Source of the DNA: a virus
Lineage: Duplodnaviria; Caudoviricetes
Reading direction: 5' to 3' (one strand)
Length of the DNA stretch: 64,000 bases
Virus record (IMG/VR): IMGVR_UViG_3300029288_007060
Coordinates: 32,001-96,000 of that record
Part shown: in pieces, positions 30,423 to 39,677 of the stretch
How positions within the stretch are numbered: the first letter of the stretch is position 1
Layout of the letters: every line of letters begins with the position of its first letter
Made by a program: the position numbers and the translations under genes
The notes under the pieces: model-generated
Database searches by the model: none
Seen by the model: only the letters and a program-made list of their open reading frames with translations
Told to the model about the DNA's origin: nothing

Positions 30423-30868
30423 CTGGTCAATTTTTTTATAATCGAATTAACCACGCTGTCAATCAATTCGCTTGAGCTTTGTATTTTGTCTCCGCCCAGA
30501 CCCCATATCATTTCGGTTCCGAGCTCCTCACATGTGGCAACCTCTGGCGTATTGCTAATCGTTCGATCTCCGCCGTTTCCAAAAAAATCTGGCTTAAGTG
30601 TCCGGAGCGCACAACAAACAGTTCCTCCATTTAAATCGTCGGCAGGAATTACATCTTCTACATATTTGAGGGCTTTTAAAATTTCAGCCCTGTCTTCCCA
30701 ATCCATAAGATGATAGCCTTTTTTGCGTTCTAGCCACAAATCAGAATTTAGAATAATGATAACTTTGCCATAAACCGCCGCATCTTTAATCATATCTAGA
30801 TGTCCGCGGTGCAGCGGATCAAAGCCACCGGATAACGCTATTATTTTTCGTTCATTAGCTTCTGTCAT
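30416..30868 (-). CDS. HxGH cytidylyltransferase (TagD/RibL-like)
   Basis: SGGFDPLHRGH, NSD, GNGGDR, KIQSSS. Confidence 0.85.
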   Translation of the reverse strand: MTEANERKIIALSGGFDPLHRGHLDMIKDAAVYGKVIIILNSDLWLERKKGYHLMDWEDRAEILKALKYVEDVIPADDLNGGTVCCALRTLKPDFFGNGGDRTISNTPEVATCEELGTEMIWGLGGDKIQSSSELIDSVVNSIIKKLTRW

Positions 30869-31629
30869 TTTATTTCCTCGTATGTTAATTCCAAAGATTT
30901 ATTTAAATCCTGGCAAATATCATAATTTTTTGTCAGTTTCAGTAATAATTTATAGTCTTCTTCTGTATCCATTGTAAATTTTGGTATAGACGTGCTCACT
31001 AAATTTTTTCTGTATTCATTTCTAAATTCCAGTCCACCAAATCGCAAAGTCGGTTTATAAAAGGATGGCGCACAATGCTCAAGATTATACTTATCGTGAA
31101 TATTTAATTTGGCCCAACACAACATTCTGTAATTAAATATTTCTACATCTACGCCGTGCGGATATGGGTTGGCTTTGCATATCGCATCATTGTTTCCCAA
31201 AAACCCCTTCTTGTCATTTAGCAAATAATATTCTATCATCTCATCTATTCCATCAGAAAATCCTTCATACATGGGGTTGTCACACGTAAGTCTCACTATT
31301 ACTTCTGCGTGGTATAGACGAGCCGCACGATAAAATCTATCTACTAGGTCGTTTTGTTCTCCTGGGCCAATAAAAAGAGAAAATCTATCATCGATAAAAT
31401 TGTCCATCTCCCCTTTCGCAATTCTGCTTTCAATTTCAATTTTGTCTTCTGCAGGCATCGCTAAAATAATTTTGTTCGGATATATTGTTTTTTTGCATCC
31501 ACTCAAAATTCTCTGAATACTATATTTGCCATTCAAATCGGCATAAATTTTTCTTGGAAATCTTGTTGATTGGCTTCTGGCTTGTAATATTATTACTATT
31601 GACATATTGTTCCTGTACTTATTTATCAA
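30865..31629 (-). CDS. SpsF/PseF-like acylneuraminate cytidylyltransferase
   Basis: ILQARSQSTRFPRK, IVRLTCDNP, PHGVDVE, EH, FTMDTEED. Confidence 0.85.
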   Translation of the reverse strand: MINKYRNNMSIVIILQARSQSTRFPRKIYADLNGKYSIQRILSGCKKTIYPNKIILAMPAEDKIEIESRIAKGEMDNFIDDRFSLFIGPGEQNDLVDRFYRAARLYHAEVIVRLTCDNPMYEGFSDGIDEMIEYYLLNDKKGFLGNNDAICKANPYPHGVDVEIFNYRMLCWAKLNIHDKYNLEHCAPSFYKPTLRFGGLEFRNEYRKNLVSTSIPKFTMDTEEDYKLLLKLTKNYDICQDLNKSLELTYEEIK

Positions 31630-32779
31630 AACATTTTAGCTCTTCTGGCGTAAATTGTTCGACCTTATTGGACGAATAATCAAATGCTTTAATTTTGCTT
31701 TCTTCTGGATAATTAAAATCCCAGCCACAGTCTATATCTGACACCCCGGGAGGAACTATTTTATAATATTGCCCACAATCGACAATATATTCCATTTCTG
31801 TTTCAGATATTAGTCGTTCATGCAGCTTCTCAAATCCCCTTATTCCTATAAATTCTACTGGAATATTTGGATAGAAAGTCTCTGCGAATGACACTATTGT
31901 TGCGGCCTTCAGCTTTGGAATAAATATCTCTCCTCCGATGGCATTATTAAGAGCATACAGATTTAAACTAACCGCCTCATCAATTGACATAAAAAATCGA
32001 GTCATATCTTTGTGTGTTATTTTTATCTTATTATTCTCCGAAACTTGTTTTGCGAACAAGTGCCTAATTGATCCGTTAGACCCGTAAACATTTCCGTATC
32101 TTGTTGCCGTAAATATACAATTTCTATTTGTATAATTATTGCCATTTATGAATATTTGCTCAGATACGAATTTTGTTCCACCGTATAGAGTTGCCGGCTC
32201 ACAACTCTTATCGGTCGACACCAACAACGCTTTTTTAACATTGTTGGTGATACATGATTCTAAAACATTCATACTTCCTATTACGTTGTTTTTTATAGCT
32301 TCCAGGGGATTATAGGTGCACGTTTCCACTCTTTTCATACACGCTGCATGAATACAAATATCTACTCCCTTCAGCGCCATGTCTAATCTGGCCCGGTCTC
32401 GTATATCTCCGACCAAATATCTTATATTCTTTTTGCTTTCAAACTTTTGCTTCATGTTAGCTTGTTTTAATTCGCATCTGCTAAATACTATTACTTTTTT
32501 TGCATAATCACAAATTTTTGACGTAAGAGCTTGGCCCAAAGATCCTGTACCACCTGTTATTAACACTATCTTCCCCAATATGGCGTCCGTATCCGTACCG
32601 CTGCGCTTATATTTCTCTTTTCCACTCGTGTCTAAATATTGCTCATGAGTATAATACCTTCTTCCTGAAGGATTCCGCTGAGCTTTTAGTTTGTTATTCC
32701 TATCCCAATTTTGTAGAGTTCTGATAGAAACGCCTAATTTTTTTGACATTTCTCCAATTGTATAAGTCGTCATGCACAT
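31619..32779 (-). CDS. pseB: UDP-GlcNAc 4,6-dehydratase (PseB/FlaA1) with N-terminal MerR/IS607-type HTH
   Basis: ITGGTGSLG, FSRCELKQ, GDIRD, HAACMKRV, STDK, YGGTK, RYGNV, MTRF, GIRGFEKLHE. Confidence 0.9.
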   Translation of the reverse strand: MCMTTYTIGEMSKKLGVSIRTLQNWDRNNKLKAQRNPSGRRYYTHEQYLDTSGKEKYKRSGTDTDAILGKIVLITGGTGSLGQALTSKICDYAKKVIVFSRCELKQANMKQKFESKKNIRYLVGDIRDRARLDMALKGVDICIHAACMKRVETCTYNPLEAIKNNVIGSMNVLESCITNNVKKALLVSTDKSCEPATLYGGTKFVSEQIFINGNNYTNRNCIFTATRYGNVYGSNGSIRHLFAKQVSENNKIKITHKDMTRFFMSIDEAVSLNLYALNNAIGGEIFIPKLKAATIVSFAETFYPNIPVEFIGIRGFEKLHERLISETEMEYIVDCGQYYKIVPPGVSDIDCGWDFNYPEESKIKAFDYSSNKVEQFTPEELKCFDK

Positions 32780-32888
32780 GCCTCATTTTATAACATTGGA
32801 ACACAACATACGTATGCCCTACCAATAAAAGAAAATATTGATAGATTTTTAAAATTATTTTGGTATTTTTGTGGTAATATGTGGAAAA

Positions 32889-33968
32889 TTATGACAACAA
32901 GATATCATTAACTATAGATTCTGTCCCATTATAATGTGCGCCTATATATTTGTTCATCCAACTCTCTCTTTGCGCCCTATCTATACACTTTTTCTCAAAA
33001 GCCCATTTTGAAGATAGTATTGTTGCCGGCGAAATAGTTTCGACCACACCATTGAAATTATAAAGACTGTTGTCAGCCGTAGAAAAATACTTTATTAGCA
33101 TGTCTTTTTGCCACTTCCATCTTCCTAATGGTAATGGTATATTTAAAACATAATTCCCACCGCATACAGACTCATAAATCCCGCTTGAATAAAACATTAC
33201 GGTCGTACAACATCTATCTAATAATGAAGAAATTTTAGTAGGATACATAATGTCCCCATCCTCTATTACCTCTTTCGCAAACTCTTTAATTTCTGTTGGC
33301 ATCCATTGTTTTTTTCTTGTTTTTATAATAATCTTGTCATTGGATGCAATTTTTGCTATTATATTGATAAAATTCTTTGGTTTTCCAAAACACACCCCTA
33401 CGTGTTCTGGTCTAATATTAGGCAACAACACCAAGGTTTCTGTCCCATTTGAGGGACCTTCTTTTATACAATCGAATAACGGGGATCCTATATATCTGCT
33501 ATATGGATTCTCAGAAAATAATCCCAAAAAATTATGTTTGGTTTCCATTAAGAATTTTGTAGAATTATAAGTCCTATATATGGAATTTACACAAGCTTGT
33601 TTTGTCTGCCACAATGAATCTGTTAAGTATGATATCGAGTATGTTTTTATATTAAGAGATTTAAGAGAGTCTAGGTATTTTCTGGCCCACATCCAAATTT
33701 CAACACTTACCATTTTTGTAATATGGTCGGCTGCCATCAGCCTTCTAAGCTCTTTGTCGTTTGTGAATCGTCTTATATTTTTCGCACCAATCACATTTAA
33801 TTCGGATGATTTCGTAATACGAGATAAACTCGGTCTATTATACTCTTTTTCTTGTTTGCCACAATCCATGTAGTATAAAATATATCCTACATGCCTAGCT
33901 TGCAGCTCTGTCATAATTGGGGATAGGAGTTTTAAATATGGCAAATCTCTAACAACTATAGCTATCAT
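32889..33968 (-). CDS. divergent GT-B fold protein
   Basis: IGSPLFD, IIIKTRKK, MFYSSGIYES; layout similar to 15261-16346. Confidence 0.5.
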   Translation of the reverse strand: MIAIVVRDLPYLKLLSPIMTELQARHVGYILYYMDCGKQEKEYNRPSLSRITKSSELNVIGAKNIRRFTNDKELRRLMAADHITKMVSVEIWMWARKYLDSLKSLNIKTYSISYLTDSLWQTKQACVNSIYRTYNSTKFLMETKHNFLGLFSENPYSRYIGSPLFDCIKEGPSNGTETLVLLPNIRPEHVGVCFGKPKNFINIIAKIASNDKIIIKTRKKQWMPTEIKEFAKEVIEDGDIMYPTKISSLLDRCCTTVMFYSSGIYESVCGGNYVLNIPLPLGRWKWQKDMLIKYFSTADNSLYNFNGVVETISPATILSSKWAFEKKCIDRAQRESWMNKYIGAHYNGTESIVNDILLS

Positions 33969-34492
33969 ACATTCTTCTTATTATGGTAACATACACTACA
34001 TAACGCAGTATATGTTTCGTTTCCGCCTACAGTCACCTTTTCTTTTTTATTTCCAGCAAGATAGTATGTGTAATTTCCATCTTCTGAGCCGCATTCTGTA
34101 CATATGGCGTTTAGTTTTGTTATCTTCTCGCAATATGGCACTAGTCCAATAATTTCTTCGAACATTTCTGACTCGGAAGTGGCATGTAGCGCGCTTACAA
34201 TAACATGTTTTCCCATCAGGGAGTATTTGTTGCAAAAATCTTTGAGACCTTTGTGGAATTGCCCTTCATCTATGCCTATAACATCATACTTCGTGGCATC
34301 AAACTGATTTATATTCACAAATTGTTCTTCTAACCACGATGTGTCTTTTATGGAATGACTCAAAAAAGGCCTAGAGTCTATTTCTGGCCTAAGCATTATC
34401 ACCTTTTTATTTGCTATTTTGGCTCTTTCTAACAATCTTATTAACTCTGTTGTTTTGCCACTATACATAGACCCAAAAATTAATGTTATCAT
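33965..34492 (-). CDS. tdk: thymidine kinase
   Basis: GSMYSGKTTEL, IDEGQF, KLNAICTEC, VGG..Y.ALC..C. Confidence 0.92.
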   Translation of the reverse strand: MITLIFGSMYSGKTTELIRLLERAKIANKKVIMLRPEIDSRPFLSHSIKDTSWLEEQFVNINQFDATKYDVIGIDEGQFHKGLKDFCNKYSLMGKHVIVSALHATSESEMFEEIIGLVPYCEKITKLNAICTECGSEDGNYTYYLAGNKKEKVTVGGNETYTALCSVCYHNKKNV

Positions 34493-34956
34493 AACAAATC
34501 TCCGTTCATTGGACGATATAATCTTTTCCCATCCACATATAAATCCTTTGGGCTAATATAATACATTTCTGGTTTATAATCAGCGTATGCCACGACTGCC
34601 TTTTGATAATATATTTTTGTTTGCAATATATCATTTGTCTGCATCCATATATACTTTACCGGACGTGTTGGAGTTCCTGCCCATCTATTTCTTATGTTTT
34701 CTAATTTCATTTGTGACTCATAAAATTCTAAATAGGCTCCGTAATCTCCGATTACTATTCTGCTGTATCCTGCAGCAATTTCGGTTCCTATTTTGTTGAG
34801 AAATATTGATTTATCCGTGCAATGATCAATATCTAATCTTTTTAAATACTCGCCTCTAATTAATTCAGACTCGTGTTCTGGTAATTTTGAATACCACCCA
34901 TTGCTTATATTTCTTGTAACCTTGTCTATTATTTTTACTAATTCTTGATTGATCAT
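34489..34956 (-). CDS. hypothetical protein
   Basis: 155 aa, ATGA-coupled on both sides. Confidence 0.65.
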   Translation of the reverse strand: MINQELVKIIDKVTRNISNGWYSKLPEHESELIRGEYLKRLDIDHCTDKSIFLNKIGTEIAAGYSRIVIGDYGAYLEFYESQMKLENIRNRWAGTPTRPVKYIWMQTNDILQTKIYYQKAVVAYADYKPEMYYISPKDLYVDGKRLYRPMNGDLL

Positions 34957-35666
34957 TTTATAATATTTTCAGAAATTTGTTTCCACTTTATAAGTTGTTT
35001 GTGTGGAGAACAAAAATTTTTCTTGATGGCTTTTCCGACAAGATTAGACCCTCTTCCAAAATGAGCCGCGATGGGTTCTCCGTCTAACCAATATTCATCT
35101 GACTGAAATCCGCTATCGAATATCTTACCTTTTCCACTTTTGCAGTCTACAAAATCAATTGTCTTTATTTCATTTTGAGAAACAAACTTTGCTATTCTCC
35201 ATCCAACATCTTCTTGTGGTTGGTATGACCTATTTATAATGTTGGTTTTTCCTGGTCTAAAATCTATCTTATGTAATAATTCCGTTTCAAAAACCATAAA
35301 ACACACATGATATAGGCCATTTGCTTTTAAAGCAGCCATCATCTTGTAATTATTGATAGAGTTCCATTTATTAGATAAAACCACACAATCTGATTCAATG
35401 ATGGCCGTATACTGCGTATTTGACAGTGATATTATTTTATTTAAACTTTCTCCGTGTTGCAGGCTTCCCTTAGAACTTGAGATATTTTTCACAATATTAA
35501 AATTATTTAGGCCTGAGTATTTTCCCATATCGCTCATTCCATTATCACAAACGATGAACTGGGGCGCATCCTGTGTGTACTTTAATACCGACCTTACCAT
35601 TAAATCAAACAAATTGGTTTTATTATCATTATACACAACAGAACATATAGTTGTGCTATTAGTCAA
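34953..35666 (-). CDS. GT2-like glycosyltransferase
   Basis: IVCDNG, HGESLN, IIESDC, DVGW, HFGRG; TTG start with GGAG RBS. Confidence 0.65.
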   Translation of the reverse strand: MTNSTTICSVVYNDNKTNLFDLMVRSVLKYTQDAPQFIVCDNGMSDMGKYSGLNNFNIVKNISSSKGSLQHGESLNKIISLSNTQYTAIIESDCVVLSNKWNSINNYKMMAALKANGLYHVCFMVFETELLHKIDFRPGKTNIINRSYQPQEDVGWRIAKFVSQNEIKTIDFVDCKSGKGKIFDSGFQSDEYWLDGEPIAAHFGRGSNLVGKAIKKNFCSPHKQLIKWKQISENIIK

Positions 35667-36060
35667 AAAGCTCCCCCTTAACGTTCCTAATAAATATTTT
35701 TAAGTAATATAAGAAACTTCTTTCGTATTTTAATGTACTGTATTCTTTAAAAACTTCTCTTTCCTCTTCAGAAACAGGCCGTGTAGCAAAAGCTGTATTT
35801 TGCTCTAAATCATTTTCAAAGAACATGACTGATTTTATACGAGAGCTTATTTTATCGAATGCTGTATTTAACTCTTGCTCGTTTTTAACACTCAGAATAA
35901 CTAGTGTGTGAGAGTATAGCAGAGAATAATTGGCCCTGTCACAAAACAAAATTCCGCTCTCTAAAGCGGCATGGCAGGCTTGCACCAACCTTCTTTCTGG
36001 CGACAAGTCTTTTCTTACGAATATATACACATATTCTTTTCCTAGCTGTTTAGTTATCAT
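35659..36060 (-). CDS. PTH2-like peptidyl-tRNA hydrolase
   Basis: YIFVRKDL...VQACHAA...LVILSV..E.EL...F.E.DL...TAFAT.P. Confidence 0.7.
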   Translation of the reverse strand: MITKQLGKEYVYIFVRKDLSPERRLVQACHAALESGILFCDRANYSLLYSHTLVILSVKNEQELNTAFDKISSRIKSVMFFENDLEQNTAFATRPVSEEEREVFKEYSTLKYERSFLYYLKIFIRNVKGELFD

Positions 36061-36061
36061 T

Positions 36062-36394
36062 TTATTTGTCCAGTTGTTTTATCTTAAAGGTTAGTTTTAA
36101 ATATTCGTATGAGGCATGGAGAAAAATTGCCATTCCTATAATTTCATTAACAATTTTGGAGCTTTGGTGATATGATAAATTATCTCTTAAAGACTCGTAA
36201 CATGCTTTCTTTGTTTTGTTTCCTATAGCATATTTTAAAACGGTATTTAAAGTATCATTATTGGCCCCAAAGCCAGCATACTTGGTAAACTTCTTACCAA
36301 AAAAATATCTGTAACAAGATTTTGGGAGTCTATTGATGGTGGATTCGTCAACATATTCTTTTTCACAAACTTGATATTGTCCATATAAACTCAT
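36062..36394 (-). CDS. hypothetical protein
   Basis: 110 aa ORF with AGGAG RBS. Confidence 0.6.
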   Translation of the reverse strand: MSLYGQYQVCEKEYVDESTINRLPKSCYRYFFGKKFTKYAGFGANNDTLNTVLKYAIGNKTKKACYESLRDNLSYHQSSKIVNEIIGMAIFLHASYEYLKLTFKIKQLDK

Positions 36395-36403
36395 TCTCTC
36401 TCC

Positions 36404-37399
36404 TTATAAGCCCATCGCTTTCAAATATCTATTTATCATCTTGTCTAATGTTAGCTCTTTAACTGCGTATCCTCTTGCTTGCTGTTTGAACTCTGCCAAA
36501 TTAGGAATCACGCTCTCTATACCATCTGCTAACTTTTTTATATATGCGCTACCATAATTCCAATGACCACCACTGTCTACAATTATACCCTGTTTCCTAT
36601 CAGAAATCAATTCTGAGTTGCCACCCCACAAGGGAATTATAACAGGTATTCCAGAACTAATTGATTCTATTACGGAATTATCGCAACTTGACCCCATACG
36701 AGGATACAAACCTATATCTGCATTTTCAAAATATTTAGAAATTTTTGAATTGGGGATAGAGCCGTGATAGATGATATTTTTATCCAACTTGTATTTGTTG
36801 TATATATGTTGACATTGAGAATCCATTACCCCGACCATTATCAATTTAACCTTATGATTGCGAGACTTTAACTCTTCATATGCTCCTATTAAACTTTCCA
36901 TTATATAATCATTTCTCATAACACCATGAGAAAAAATATTAACAAATCCATCAAATTTTCTTTGTTTTGGACAAAATGTATTGATGTCTGCTCCATTATG
37001 TATAATTGAAAAATTTTCTTTTCTCTCCGCTATTTCAGAATCGATCAGTCGTTTAGAAAATTCTGATTGGTATATCATATGGTCTACATTTGCTACGTCT
37101 CTTTTAATGGCATTATGAAGCGCGTCCATATCCGACCTACGCTCTCTTCCGGGTCCGCCGTGCCAATATTCTCTAAAATAAGCCCCGTCTAATCTAACAT
37201 ATATTTTCGTTTTCTTTCTATCCACCTGTCTTAGGGCCTTTCCACTTTCAATTATACAAAGACATTTGTCTGCCCTGTGAGGCTTATCATATGATATAGA
37301 GTGTCCCTTTTTGGCAAACCCATTAGCCAAACGATATGCGCTCACGGTAGGGCCACCAGAGGTGGCAGAACCACGCAAATTAAAATAAATCATGGCCAT
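36404..37399 (-). CDS. GT4 glycosyltransferase
   Basis: GGP, YQSEFS, IHNGAD, SCDNSVIESISSGIPVI, GGNSEL. Confidence 0.88.
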   Translation of the reverse strand: MAMIYFNLRGSATSGGPTVSAYRLANGFAKKGHSISYDKPHRADKCLCIIESGKALRQVDRKKTKIYVRLDGAYFREYWHGGPGRERRSDMDALHNAIKRDVANVDHMIYQSEFSKRLIDSEIAERKENFSIIHNGADINTFCPKQRKFDGFVNIFSHGVMRNDYIMESLIGAYEELKSRNHKVKLIMVGVMDSQCQHIYNKYKLDKNIIYHGSIPNSKISKYFENADIGLYPRMGSSCDNSVIESISSGIPVIIPLWGGNSELISDRKQGIIVDSGGHWNYGSAYIKKLADGIESVIPNLAEFKQQARGYAVKELTLDKMINRYLKAMGL

Positions 37400-38112
37400 T
37401 AAAATAACTTCCTATCGCTAATAACCACCAATCCTTCGTCCTTTTCTTTTCTGCCATTATCAAATAAGTGTCCACGCATTTCTATAAGCAAAGAGTTGTA
37501 TTTTTTGTCGTTTAATAGATTATCAACAATCTTTTTAACAGAAAATTTGTTCAAACAATAATCGTCGAAGATAAAAACGGCCCCTTCCTTTGATACCTTT
37601 TGTGCCAACCTAATATCTTCGGATATGACCGATTCTTTATCATGTTCCCCGTCGATAAAGCATAAATCGAATTTGTTTGAAAAATTTGATATAGTTTTGG
37701 AAAAGTGCTTTCTCTCCAAGAACTTAATCTTTTTCTTTTCTTCTCCGCCAATTTTTTCATATAGTTCTTTGTTAGAAACTGTTGCCGCACGGTGTCCCAC
37801 AGAGGTTGACTGTTTTTGAGAAAACCCAACTATATCTATGGTAACAATTTCTTTGATGTTGCTATTTAAGGCAACGGAATAACTGGCCGTTCCTCTTCCG
37901 GTTCCCATTTCAAAAAAATTATCGGATTTGAAGAACTCAGAAATTGCTTTTATAACAAACGGTTGTTCCATGCCATATAAAAGAGAAAATTTGGTGATAT
38001 TATTATCGACGCGAGTCTTTGTCAAATAACATATTTTTTCTATTTTATCTTTATCCTTTGTCCAATCATAGCCTATTTTCTCAAAAAAATCAACAAGCGC
38101 TATAGTCTCCAT
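37399..38112 (-). CDS. class I SAM methyltransferase (Methyltransf_24-like)
   Basis: EMGTGRGTAS, FDLCFIDGEH, IFDDY. Confidence 0.8.
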   Translation of the reverse strand: METIALVDFFEKIGYDWTKDKDKIEKICYLTKTRVDNNITKFSLLYGMEQPFVIKAISEFFKSDNFFEMGTGRGTASYSVALNSNIKEIVTIDIVGFSQKQSTSVGHRAATVSNKELYEKIGGEEKKKIKFLERKHFSKTISNFSNKFDLCFIDGEHDKESVISEDIRLAQKVSKEGAVFIFDDYCLNKFSVKKIVDNLLNDKKYNSLLIEMRGHLFDNGRKEKDEGLVVISDRKLF

Positions 38113-38880
38113 TTATATTAATCCTTCTTTTGTAAATATTTCTTTAAATTCTTTTTGCATGTCCTGCCAATCCTTAGTCTGCTGGGGACTATGTTGCCTT
38201 TCGACTTGTTGGTCGTGCTGCCTCCAAAGATACAACACTTTATCTATTTTGACAACCGGATGCCTCATTAGCATTCTGCCGGCTATATTATAATCTGTGG
38301 CATATTGATATTGTGTATTAAAACCGCCAATATCTCTCAAGCATGGTATATTGAAACATCTCATGTGGCCAATGGGGTTTTGAGATATAAATATTTTTCT
38401 AAGTTGTTTTTGGCCCTCGACAGTAAATTGGTTCTGCACAAGTTTGGCTTTAGCGTGATTCTTGACAACAACCCTGTTCTTTTTATCGATTATAGAAAAC
38501 CCCGAATAAGTCTGCCCTACTTCTGGGTGAGTATTAAACATATTGTCTGCCTCAGAAAGCGCATTCGGGGCAAGCATATCATCGGAATCTAAAACACAAA
38601 ACAAACCGGCATCCTTATAGTTATTTGGTAGCCACTCATTCAAAACGAAATTATACGCCTTTTGTTGTCCTATGTTTTCGTTCATTTTAATAAAAAACAT
38701 ATTAGTGCATTTTTTCTTAAAGGCGTCACAAACCAAATCAGCCCCGTCACTTGATTTGTTGTCTATCACCAAGTGCACCCACTTGTCCTTTGGCAATGAT
38801 TGATTAATAGCGGATTGTAATGATAAACCAACCAAATGTTTTCTATTATGCACAAGCGTAACCAATATTATTTTAGGCAT
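38113..38880 (-). CDS. GT2 glycosyltransferase
   Basis: VIDNKSSDG, LDSDD, IGGF, ATDY, LYLWRQH. Confidence 0.88.
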   Translation of the reverse strand: MPKIILVTLVHNRKHLVGLSLQSAINQSLPKDKWVHLVIDNKSSDGADLVCDAFKKKCTNMFFIKMNENIGQQKAYNFVLNEWLPNNYKDAGLFCVLDSDDMLAPNALSEADNMFNTHPEVGQTYSGFSIIDKKNRVVVKNHAKAKLVQNQFTVEGQKQLRKIFISQNPIGHMRCFNIPCLRDIGGFNTQYQYATDYNIAGRMLMRHPVVKIDKVLYLWRQHDQQVERQHSPQQTKDWQDMQKEFKEIFTKEGLI

Positions 38881-39674
38881 TATTTTCTGTCCTTTAATAT
38901 CAAATCGTTTGTGAATATTTTTTGGTCACAAGGCTCAAAATTAGGATCAAACGTCACAAAGACATTTCCCGTATTTCTCATGTTTGTTAGATATCTTGAT
39001 AATGCAGATAGTTGCGATGAGCCTTTTTGATGCGCTTTATTTTTTTCTTTTCTATATGCTTTATCCTTATCTGTATCAAGGTGAATGCCCTTTGGAAGTA
39101 TGTATGCGCTAATCAGCCCCAAATATGACAGCCTGTAATACATACAAGCATCCTCGTGCCCATATGTTGAAAAATAATTATAGAACCCTACCTTCTCAAA
39201 AACTCTTCTTGGTAAACATAGACAGGCTCCACCCAAATTGCCGTTTTTCGGCCTACACCTCACTCCATTTATTATTTTGTCCGAGTATTTATCTGGCTCT
39301 ACACAAACGCCCGTTATTCCTAATTTTGGAATTTTATCGCAGGCCTCTGCAAATAATTTATCATATGAGTCGGGAACAATTATATCGTCGTCAATTGTCA
39401 TAAGATAATCTCCTGATGCTTTGACTAGTCCACTATTTCGTCCCCCAGCAACGCCCAAATTCTTGTAATTAAATACATGCTGAATCTTTGTGGTGTTTTC
39501 ATTCCCCTTAACCTCAAGTAAATAATCCCTTAACCCTGGCTCAGATGAATTATTGTCCACCAAAATCAGCTCGTGTTTTAGTGTAGTTTTTTTAATTAAA
39601 TTTTCTATTGTTTGAATAGAATAATGCTTTCTGTTCCAGTTAAGGATAATAATGCTAAGTAGTTTTTCACTCAT
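38880..39674 (-). CDS. GT2 glycosyltransferase
   Basis: SIIILNWN, LVDNNS, NLGVAGGRN, IDDD, YGHED. Confidence 0.9.
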   Translation of the reverse strand: MSEKLLSIIILNWNRKHYSIQTIENLIKKTTLKHELILVDNNSSEPGLRDYLLEVKGNENTTKIQHVFNYKNLGVAGGRNSGLVKASGDYLMTIDDDIIVPDSYDKLFAEACDKIPKLGITGVCVEPDKYSDKIINGVRCRPKNGNLGGACLCLPRRVFEKVGFYNYFSTYGHEDACMYYRLSYLGLISAYILPKGIHLDTDKDKAYRKEKNKAHQKGSSQLSALSRYLTNMRNTGNVFVTFDPNFEPCDQKIFTNDLILKDRK

Positions 39675-39677
39675 CTT

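Noticed and set aside
32630-32888. Intact IS607 element
   Set aside because: No serine-recombinase catalytic domain or TnpB; only the HTH is present
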